A stretch of DNA of 64,000 nt from Chloroflexota bacterium (GTDB lineage Bacteria > Chloroflexota > Dehalococcoidia > Lucifugimonadales > JACPCL1): NCBI GenBank assembly GCA_016179765.1, contig JACPCL010000036.1:134110-198109 (forward strand), in the 5' to 3' direction. The position numbers and the translations under genes were made by a program. Positions within the stretch are counted from its first letter, which is position 1. Each line of letters opens with the position of its first letter. The notes below the pieces were generated by a model. The model was not told the origin of the DNA and searched no databases. It worked only from the letters and a program-made list of their open reading frames with translations. Positions 18,092 to 25,313 of the stretch are shown here, piece after piece.

Positions 18092-18098
18092 GCTGCGC

Positions 18099-18572
18099 CT
18101 ACTGTTCCTGTACACGGAAGCGTTGCTGGATCCGGCGGCCGATGAGCGGGTAGCGGAAGTTGTAGCCCAGGGCGCAGCGGGTTGCCCCCATGACGGCGTA
18201 GAAAAAGACGAGGATAAGAAGCACCTGAACCCAGTAGAGCGGCGAGCTCATGCTGTTGCTTTCCCCTGTGTCCTGGATGAGGAAGCGGACGGGGGCGAAG
18301 ACCGTAAAGGCGATAGCTTGAAAGGTAAGGGCTTGCAGTCCCTGGAAGGCCATCCAGGGCGATGTCCTGCGCTTGAAGTAGTAGATGAGGATGGTGATAA
18401 AGAGGCCCAGGCCATACAGGGTGAGCACGGGCACGATGGCCACGTGGGCCAGGGCGGCCCACAGCTTCTCTTCTCCGGTGCGGTTGCGGTTTCTCATAGG
18501 AGGCCGGGTTGACCTTGTTCCTAGGGCTGTAAGAATACGGCGAGTGTAGCCTTTGCAGGGGGTGTTTGGCAA
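18099..18572 (-). CDS. DUF4870-like small membrane protein
   Basis: EEKLWAALAHVAIV... followed by TM helices, the pattern typical of DUF4870. Start may be 18497. Confidence 0.55.
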   Translation of the reverse strand: MPNTPCKGYTRRILTALGTRSTRPPMRNRNRTGEEKLWAALAHVAIVPVLTLYGLGLFITILIYYFKRRTSPWMAFQGLQALTFQAIAFTVFAPVRFLIQDTGESNSMSSPLYWVQVLLILVFFYAVMGATRCALGYNFRYPLIGRRIQQRFRVQEQ

Positions 18573-18629
18573 TGGGTTTGCCTCACCTCACCACCTGGTC
18601 CCCTCTCCTGCCGGGACACGGGGAAACAG

Positions 18630-18671
18630 GGAATGAGAAACCCTGGGCTTAAGCCCAGGGTTTCTCATTCC
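18630..18671. terminator. 42-bp perfect palindrome downstream of fabF
   Basis: ggaatgagaaaccctgggctt/aagcccagggtttctcattcc, 14 nt after the fabF stop. No U tract. Confidence 0.45.
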
Positions 18672-18684
18672 ACTCTTGCTGCTG

Positions 18685-19935
18685 CTAATGCAGGTCGGCA
18701 ACGGCGCGAAAGATGAGGGAGGAGTTGTGTCCGCCGAAGCCCAGGGAGTTGCTCATGACCGTCGTGAGCCTGCGGAAGCGGGCCTCGTTGGGCACGTAGT
18801 CCAGGTCGCACTCCGGATCGGGGTGGCGGTAATTAACGGTAGGCGGGATGACGCCCTTTTGGAGGGCCAGGACGCTGATGACGGCCTCCATGGCGGCGGC
18901 GGCTCCCAGGAGGTGGCCGGTCATGGACTTAGTGGAGCTGATGGGTATTCTCGGAGCAAGCTCGCCGAAGACGGATTTGATCCCCAGGGTCTCAAACCTG
19001 TCGTTAAGGGGGGTAGAGGTGCCGTGGGCGTTGATGTAGTCAATCTCCTCGGGTGCAAGGTCAGCGGCGCGCAAGGCCAGGCGCATGGCCCGCGCGCCGC
19101 CTTCGCCGCCGGGGGCGGGCTGGGTGACGTGGTAGGCGTCGGAGCTGGCCCCGTAGCCCATAAGCTCCGCAAGGGGGGGCGCGCCCCGTCGTCGCAGGCT
19201 CTCCTCCGTCTCCAGCACCAGGATGGCGGCGCCCTCCCCCATGACGAATCCATCTCGTTCGGCGTCAAAGGGGCGGCTGGCGGCCTTGGGGTCGTCGTTG
19301 CGGCGGGAGAGGGCCTGGCAGGAGTTGAAGCCGGCTACGGCGATAGGGCAGATGGGGGCCTCGGCCCCGCCGGCCAGGGCGATATCCGCATCGCCGTTGC
19401 GCAGCAGGTTCCAGGCGGCGCCGATGGCCTCGGCGCCGCTGGAGCAGGAGGAGGTGGTGCAGAAGTTGGGGCCTTTGGCGCCTAGGGCCATGGATACCTG
19501 GCCGGAGGCCATGTCTGGCAACATCATAGGGATGAGAAAGGGGCTGATGCGGGTCGGCCCCCGGTCCTTGAGCACCCCCCACTGTTCCGAAAGGGTGATG
19601 ATGCCGCCGACGCCGCTGCCTACGATGGTGATGACCCTGGTAGGGTCTACCTTCCCCATGTCAAGCTGGGCTTGGGTGACGGCCTCCTGAGCGGCCACCA
19701 GGGCGAATTGGGCGAAGCGGTCCGTCTGGCGGGCCTTCTTGCGGTCCAGGAAATCGGCGGGATTGAAGCCTTTGACCTCTGCGGCGAAGCGCGTCTCAAA
19801 ACCCTCGGGGTCAAAGGCGGAGATGTAGTCTATGCCGGTAACGCCGTTGGCCAGGTTGTTCCAGGAGGCGGGAGCGTCCAGGCCCACGGGGGTGATCATG
19901 CCCAGGCCGGTCACGAAGATGCGGGGGTAGGTCAC
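18685..19935 (-). CDS. fabF: beta-ketoacyl-ACP synthase II
   Basis: GTG at 19935 after GGAGG. VTYPRIFVTGLGMITPVG..., active-site Cys context (TTSSCSSGAEAIG), HGTSTPLND and GHLLGAAG motifs. Confidence 0.9.
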   Translation of the reverse strand: MTYPRIFVTGLGMITPVGLDAPASWNNLANGVTGIDYISAFDPEGFETRFAAEVKGFNPADFLDRKKARQTDRFAQFALVAAQEAVTQAQLDMGKVDPTRVITIVGSGVGGIITLSEQWGVLKDRGPTRISPFLIPMMLPDMASGQVSMALGAKGPNFCTTSSCSSGAEAIGAAWNLLRNGDADIALAGGAEAPICPIAVAGFNSCQALSRRNDDPKAASRPFDAERDGFVMGEGAAILVLETEESLRRRGAPPLAELMGYGASSDAYHVTQPAPGGEGGARAMRLALRAADLAPEEIDYINAHGTSTPLNDRFETLGIKSVFGELAPRIPISSTKSMTGHLLGAAAAMEAVISVLALQKGVIPPTVNYRHPDPECDLDYVPNEARFRRLTTVMSNSLGFGGHNSSLIFRAVADLH

Positions 19936-19969
19936 GGCGGAACCTCCATGACGGGTGTTCCTTGCACCC

Positions 19970-22042
19970 CTAGGCCTGTGCGGGACCGGCGCTCCACTGC
20001 GTCTCTGCCCACTGGCGCTTGAAGTCGGCCAGGGTGGAAGAGACGGCGTCTGCCAGTTCAATGAGCCGGGCGGAGAGGGCCTCTGCCATTTCCGTCCCTC
20101 CGCGGACGGGGCCGGCGGGGCCAGAGGCGTCGGGGCGGAGGAAGAGGGTGCCCCGCAGGTCACTGGCGCGGGTGGCGATGGCGCTGCGGATGTCTCCCAC
20201 ACGAGCGGCGACTACCTCGCCGATCTCGTCCAGCTTGGCAGAGGCGGCGTCCCGCAGGTCGCCCGTGGTAAGGGAGAAGCTGGACCTGAGCTCTGCCAGT
20301 CGCGAGGATAGGGTAGCGCCCAGGTCATCCATCTTGAGGGAGAGGGTCTCCTGGAGGTCGGCGACCTTGCCCCTGGCGGCCAGACGCAGCTCCACGGCGC
20401 GGGAGGCGCCTGGGGCGTTGGCCCCAGCGGTCCAGAGGGCGTAGGAGTCAGCCAGCTCGCTAATGCTGGCCAGGACGGCGTCACGGGTCTGGGAGAAGAC
20501 GCGGCGCAGGCCATCCTCAAGCTGGTTAACAGGGGCGTCAGTAGGTCGTGCAGAGGCGCGAGAGGTGGTGATGACCTGGCGAGTCTCCTCCTCACGCCTC
20601 TCCATGACTTCGTAGTAGGCCTTGCTCTTGAAGATGCGGAAGATGCGCTCGTACATCTTGTCAACGGTATGAAGGCTTCCGGTGTAACGGGCATAAAGCT
20701 CCCGAGACTCCTGAAGGCCCCAGCGCTTATCGTAGTGGACAAGCTGGCGGCCGGTGTACAGGTGGTAGGGGCGCATCTTGCCCTCGGGTAGGATGGAGCC
20801 ATCCTCATCAAGGGGCGTCAGGTTCCAGTTGATGGTGGCGGGCAGTGGTGTCAGTAAGTTGGCCGTCTGGTAGCGGCTGACGGTCTTGACCCACTCGGCC
20901 ATCTTCATGATGCTCTCATCGGTGTCGTAGGGCAGGCCGATGATGGTCATGGCGGTGACGATGAAGCCCATCTCGTTCAGGGTGGTCAGGTCTTTATGCA
21001 TCTGGCCTGGGTCCTGGCGCTTGTTCACGGCCTTGAGGTTTTCGGCGCTGCTGGACTCCACGCCCACGTACACCATGCGGATGCCTGCCTCTAGCATGGT
21101 CTGGGCCAGCTCTGGGTCCTGGCCAATCTCGGCGCGGCACTGGCAGATCATCCACATGTCGTCGGTGTGGCCCTTCCAGCCCTTCAGGCGCGCCAGGCGC
21201 TCGTCACGGAACTTGACGGCGCGCAGGGGCGGTGTGTGCAGGTCGTCGGAGATGAAGACGCTGAAGCGGCCATCCCGGGCGGTGTAGATAAGGCCGTCCT
21301 CGGCCAGCTTGTGAAGCTGGGCAAGGCGCTTGAGCTCAACGTCGCGGGGTACGACCCGGTAGCCAAGGAACTGCTGGATGACCTGGCAGTAGTTGCACTT
21401 TTCGGTGCAGCCGCGCACGGTCTCCATGACGCCTGCCGCCAGGGGGTTCCTGGAGGTCAGGTCTTTCATGGAGGCGAAGTCTGGCACCTCTACGAAGTGG
21501 GGGTGAATAGCGCCGTGCCTGGGGGTGACGACGGCCTTGCCGTCTTGCAGGTAGGCGATGCCTGGTATCTTGCTCAGGTGGGCGTACAGCTCCTGGCCGG
21601 AGTAGTTGAGGAGGATATCCGATAGGTGGCCGATGATGTCCTCGCCTTCACGCTGGACCACGACGTCTATCATGCCGAAGCGCAGGGCCTCTTCGTACAG
21701 GGGGCTCATGTGGGGGCCGCCGCCGATGATCTTGAGGTTGGGATGGGCCTGCCGCGCGCTGCGGGTAATCTGGTAGGCCCTGGGGGCCTCGTTGATGAGG
21801 GCGGTGACCATGAGGAGGTCCACGTGGTCCAAGTCTTTTTCCGGGTCCAGTTTGCCGTTGCGGTCCTCGTACCAGACCTCGCGCTCATAGCGGAACTCGC
21901 CATCCCACTGTTTGAGGGCGCCCGAGATGTACAGGGGTCCCTGGCGGGGGATGGCCACGTACTCAAAGTTGCCGCCGGTGGACTTGGGGGCGACCAGCAG
22001 CACGTTCTTGACGGGTCTTGATGATGCTACGGTGATGGCCAT
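19970..22042 (-). CDS. B12-binding-domain radical SAM protein with C-terminal 11-mer repeat tail
   Basis: ATG at 22042 after GAGG. N-terminal B12-type domain (NVLLVAP..., KIIGGGPH), radical SAM cluster motif GCTEKCNYCQV. The C-terminal roughly 200 aa include 7 tandem 11-residue repeats (20138..20368). Confidence 0.8.
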   Translation of the reverse strand: MAITVASSRPVKNVLLVAPKSTGGNFEYVAIPRQGPLYISGALKQWDGEFRYEREVWYEDRNGKLDPEKDLDHVDLLMVTALINEAPRAYQITRSARQAHPNLKIIGGGPHMSPLYEEALRFGMIDVVVQREGEDIIGHLSDILLNYSGQELYAHLSKIPGIAYLQDGKAVVTPRHGAIHPHFVEVPDFASMKDLTSRNPLAAGVMETVRGCTEKCNYCQVIQQFLGYRVVPRDVELKRLAQLHKLAEDGLIYTARDGRFSVFISDDLHTPPLRAVKFRDERLARLKGWKGHTDDMWMICQCRAEIGQDPELAQTMLEAGIRMVYVGVESSSAENLKAVNKRQDPGQMHKDLTTLNEMGFIVTAMTIIGLPYDTDESIMKMAEWVKTVSRYQTANLLTPLPATINWNLTPLDEDGSILPEGKMRPYHLYTGRQLVHYDKRWGLQESRELYARYTGSLHTVDKMYERIFRIFKSKAYYEVMERREEETRQVITTSRASARPTDAPVNQLEDGLRRVFSQTRDAVLASISELADSYALWTAGANAPGASRAVELRLAARGKVADLQETLSLKMDDLGATLSSRLAELRSSFSLTTGDLRDAASAKLDEIGEVVAARVGDIRSAIATRASDLRGTLFLRPDASGPAGPVRGGTEMAEALSARLIELADAVSSTLADFKRQWAETQWSAGPAQA

Positions 22043-22192
22043 GACACTACCTCGCTGGGTGAGAAGGTAAGGAGAGGCAAGCTTTTTGTACAAGTTTGGA
22101 AAGAAATGATTGAGAGATAGTATAGCAGATTTACGGTTTGTCAATTATGCCCCATTGGGGCAGGCAAAGTAACAGCCCTGAGGGAGGGTTCC

Positions 22193-22240
22193 GACCTCTC
22201 CCTCTGTGGTCCCCCTCTCCTCACAGGAGAGGGGGACGAT
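22193..22240. repeat. hairpin-plus-tail repeat family A
   Basis: gacctctccctctgtgg + tccccctctcc-tcaca-ggagaggggga. Confidence 0.65.
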
Positions 22241-22341
22241 TCAGAGCTTCGTTGACCAGGCGCGAGCGGGATGCTACTATGCTAAGGGAATGTGCCGCTG
22301 GCCAGAGGGGCGGCAGTGGTGTAAGGGCGTGTGTTCTGCGT

Positions 22342-22419
22342 GGTGGGCGTGGCCTAGTGGTTTAAGGCGCCAGGTTGTGGCCCTGGAGATCGAGGGTTCA
22401 AATCCCTCCGTCCACCCCA
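22342..22419 (+). tRNA. tRNA-His (GUG)
   Basis: Cloverleaf folded by hand: G-1, acceptor GTGGGCG/CGTCCAC, anticodon loop TTGTGGC, T-arm GAGGG-TTCAAAT-CCCTC, encoded CCA. Confidence 0.85.
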
Positions 22420-22428
22420 TTCCGTAGC

Positions 22429-22460
22429 TTTAAGGAGGCTCCAGAGGAGCCTCCCTCTCC
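22429..22460. repeat. hairpin repeat family B, simple copy
   Basis: tttaaggaggctccagaggagcctccctctcc directly after tRNA-His, followed by a short atcaatca tandem. Confidence 0.65.
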
Positions 22461-22517
22461 TTATCAATCAATATCAATCAATCTTCCTCCTTCCTCACAC
22501 CCTCTGGCGGGATACGT

Positions 22518-22594
22518 GCGCCCGTAGCTCAGCGGATCAGAGCATCGGTCTTCGGAACCGGGGGTCGTGGGTTCGAATCCCACCGGGCGCACCA
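22518..22594 (+). tRNA. tRNA-Arg (UCG)
   Basis: Acceptor GCGCCCG/CGGGCGC, D-arm GCTC..GAGC, anticodon loop CTTCGGA, T-arm GTGGG-TTCGAAT-CCCAC, discriminator A, encoded CCA. Confidence 0.9.
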
Positions 22595-22837
22595 TTGCTC
22601 TGATACCGTACAGCCCCATGGCACACGCAGGGGCCTCTTCCTTTGGCCGTTTGCTACCACTCTGCTACCGGATAGGTGCAAGCTGCACGTTTTCAGCCGC
22701 TCCCAGCCTTCACTACGGGGGCGCTGACCTCACCCCCTTGTGTTCCCCCTCTCCTAAAGGGGGCTTTGCCCGATAACTCGCCCTCTTGAAAAGAGAGTGG
22801 CAACTCTCGTTTTTCCCACCCACCTGCCCGCAAGGGT

Positions 22838-23008
22838 CTGTAGGGGATACCCCTACAACCCCAGGGGAAACCTGCGGTTTCCTCCACCTTCCCTTGGAGG
22901 CTCCGATTTTTCGGGCAAGGCCCCCGCCTCTTCGTCCGCCGCAGGCGGACGAAGGGCAGGCTCCGCGGCTTCGCCCCTCTGGACACCCCTTTTTTCAGCA
23001 CCCTACTG
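22838..23008. repeat. composite repeat, family C (plus an E-type palindrome)
   Basis: ctgtaggggatacccctac..., hairpin cgtccgccgcaggcggacg, then GGCTCCGCGGCTTCGCCCCTCTGGACACCCCTTTTTTCAGCACCCTACTG. Its tail overlaps the 3' end of the GltD-like gene. Confidence 0.65.
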
Positions 23009-24461
23009 CGGGGGCGCCGGCAGTAGGGGCTTTTCGCCTTTCGTTGAGGTATTGGTGGATCGCCTGGGCGGAACGCTTGCCGGCCCCGGCAGCCAGAATC
23101 ACGGTGGCCGAGCCGGTGACCACGTCTCCGCCGGCAAACACGCCTGGTTTGCTGGTGGCGCCCGTCGCAGGGTCCGCTTTGATGTGCCCATACCGGTCCG
23201 AAACCAGGTCTTGCGTGGACTGGGACACCGTGGGGTTGGGGTTTGTCCCAAGGGCCATGACCACCGTGTCTACCTCCATGAGGAACTCGGAGCCTGCCAC
23301 GGGAAGGGGACGGCGTCTGCCGGACTCGTCTGGGGATCCCAGTTCCATACGGATGCACTCCATGCCACGCACCCAGCCATCGTCCGAACCCACCAGTCGG
23401 ACAGGGTTGGTAAGCCACTGGAAGAGGGCGCCTTCCTCCGCGGCGTGGTGGTAGTCCTCAATACGGGCGGTCATCTCCTTTTCCGTGCGGCGATAGACGA
23501 TGTAGGCCTCCCTTGCGCCGACGCGGATGGCGGTGCGCACCACGTCCATGGCCGTATCGCCGGCGCCGACGACCACAACGCGCTGGCCCTTTTTGACCGG
23601 GGTGTCAAACTCTGGGAAGCGATTGGCCTTCATGAGGTTGATTCGGGTCAGGAACTCGTTGGCGGAGTAGACGCCTTTCAGGTTCTCGCCGGGGATGCCC
23701 ATGAACTTGGGCGAGCCCGCGCCGCTTCCAATGAATACGGCGCCAAAGCCCATCTCGTGCATCAGTTGGTCAATGGTAATCGTTCTGCCGATGACCGTGT
23801 TGCACTGGATCTCCACCCCTTGCTCCCGCAGCTTGTTTATCTCCGCGGCCACGATGCTTTTGGGGAGGCGGAACTCTGGAATGCCGTACATCAACACGCC
23901 GCCGGGGACGTGCAATGCCTCAAAAAGGGTCACGTGGTAGCCGGTGCGGGCCAGGTCGCCCGCGGCGGTGAGGCTGGCTGGTCCGCTGCCTACCACCGCC
24001 ACCTTGGCGGTGGGTTTGCCGGGAAGGCTGTTCACCAGGTTGCGATGATAGCCGTTGACGCTGGTTTGCGCCCCTTGGTGGGCCAACTCATAGTCCGCCA
24101 CAAACCGCTCCAGCGCGCCGATGGCCACCGGCTCCTGTTTACCTTTGATGACGCACTTGAGCTCGCACTGGTGCTCTTGGGGGCACACCCTGCCACAGAT
24201 GGCCGGCAAGGAGTTGACCTGCTTGATGGCGCGGACGGCCTCCAGAGGTTTGCCTTCGGCAATGAGCTTGATAAAGTCTCTGATGGGCACTCCAACTGGA
24301 CACCCCGCCTCACAGTTGGGTTCCTGGCATAGAAGGCACCGTTGGGCCTCGGCGAGCGCCTGGGTGGGGCTGTACCCCAGGCTCACCTCTTGGAACCCCA
24401 GGCGGCGCTGAATAGGGTCCAGGGCTGGCAGGGGCGTTTTCTTGAGTTGCACCATGGGCAT
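22995..24461 (-). CDS. NADPH-dependent glutamate synthase beta chain-like oxidoreductase (NfnB/SudA/GltD type)
   Basis: N-terminal Cys clusters (CLLCQEPNCEAGCP), FAD/NAD Rossmann motifs (VAVVGSGPASLTAAGDLA, VVVVGAGDTAMD). Confidence 0.85.
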   Translation of the reverse strand: MPMVQLKKTPLPALDPIQRRLGFQEVSLGYSPTQALAEAQRCLLCQEPNCEAGCPVGVPIRDFIKLIAEGKPLEAVRAIKQVNSLPAICGRVCPQEHQCELKCVIKGKQEPVAIGALERFVADYELAHQGAQTSVNGYHRNLVNSLPGKPTAKVAVVGSGPASLTAAGDLARTGYHVTLFEALHVPGGVLMYGIPEFRLPKSIVAAEINKLREQGVEIQCNTVIGRTITIDQLMHEMGFGAVFIGSGAGSPKFMGIPGENLKGVYSANEFLTRINLMKANRFPEFDTPVKKGQRVVVVGAGDTAMDVVRTAIRVGAREAYIVYRRTEKEMTARIEDYHHAAEEGALFQWLTNPVRLVGSDDGWVRGMECIRMELGSPDESGRRRPLPVAGSEFLMEVDTVVMALGTNPNPTVSQSTQDLVSDRYGHIKADPATGATSKPGVFAGGDVVTGSATVILAAGAGKRSAQAIHQYLNERRKAPTAGAPAVGC

Positions 24462-24467
24462 AGTGGC

Positions 24468-25298
24468 TTATCCTCCCGCGGCGACAGCGGTGGTCAGGGC
24501 GGCGCGCTCCTCTTCGGCATAGGTCTTGGAGCGCACGATGGCTTCAGCGAAGTTGACCTGGTGGGCGTCAAAGAAGGGGCCGTCCACGCAGGCGAATTTC
24601 AACTGGCCGTCCACCGTAAGGCGGCAGGCCCCGCACATGCCCGTTCCATCCACCATGATGGGGTCCATGGAGACCTGGGTCTTGATTCCCAGGGGACGAG
24701 TCGTTTCAGCCACGGCCCGCATCATGGCGATGGGGCCAATGGCAACCACCTGGTCAAAGGCCATGCCAGCCCGGACGAGGGCTTCAAGTTGCCCGGTGAC
24801 AAATCCGTGGAAACCCTGGGAGCCGTCATCGGTGCACAGGTACGTGTGGTCGCTGCTAGCTCTGACCTCTTTCTCCAGGATGATGAGGTCGCGGGTGCGC
24901 GCACCAATGATGGAGCACACCTCAACGCCCCTGGCAGCAAGCTCCTTGGCGAGGGAGAGGATGGCGCCCGTCCCGAAGCCGCCGCCCACCAAGGCAGCTT
25001 GGCCGTGTTTCGGTAGCTCTACAGGACGCCCCAAAGGGCCAACGAAGTCCAGTATGCGGTCGCCGCGCTCCAGAGACCGCAGCAAGTGGGTGGTCTTGCC
25101 CACCACCTGGACCACGATCGTAACGAGGCCCTTTGACCTGTTGGAATCGGTGATGGTCACGGGGATACGCTCTCCCTGTTGATTCACCCGGATCATGACG
25201 AACTGGCCCGGCTGGGCGTTGCGGGCTATAAGGGGAGCATTCACCTCAAAAAGGGAGGTTATGGGTGTCAGGTCCCGTTTTTCAACGATGATTGCCAC
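24468..25298 (-). CDS. ferredoxin-NADP reductase-like FAD/[2Fe-2S] subunit (NfnA/SudB/PyrK type)
   Basis: PyrK-like fold, RIPVTI FAD-binding region, C-terminal cluster motif GTGMCGACR...C. Confidence 0.8.
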   Translation of the reverse strand: MAIIVEKRDLTPITSLFEVNAPLIARNAQPGQFVMIRVNQQGERIPVTITDSNRSKGLVTIVVQVVGKTTHLLRSLERGDRILDFVGPLGRPVELPKHGQAALVGGGFGTGAILSLAKELAARGVEVCSIIGARTRDLIILEKEVRASSDHTYLCTDDGSQGFHGFVTGQLEALVRAGMAFDQVVAIGPIAMMRAVAETTRPLGIKTQVSMDPIMVDGTGMCGACRLTVDGQLKFACVDGPFFDAHQVNFAEAIVRSKTYAEEERAALTTAVAAGG

Positions 25299-25313
25299 GC
25301 CTGCTCCTCGTCG

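Noticed and set aside
22138-22427. Small ORFs (75 aa and 73 aa) upstream of and over tRNA-His
   Set aside because: They overlap a well-folding tRNA and a family A repeat, so they are translated repeat and tRNA sequence, not genes.
16096-22460. Possibility that the recurring hairpin units form a CRISPR array
   Set aside because: The copies are kilobases apart, in different orientations and contexts, and strongly palindromic. There is no regular repeat-spacer periodicity and there are no cas genes.
22595-22994. Integrated element at the tRNA-Arg 3' side
   Set aside because: There is no integrase, no direct repeat of the tRNA 3' end and no foreign genes. The sequence consists only of family A/C/E repeats before the next housekeeping operon.
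22797-24332. 511-aa plus-strand ORF across the GltD-like gene
   Set aside because: It is antisense to a gene with strong Rossmann and Fe-S motifs. Its 5' part runs through intergenic repeats. Shadow ORF.
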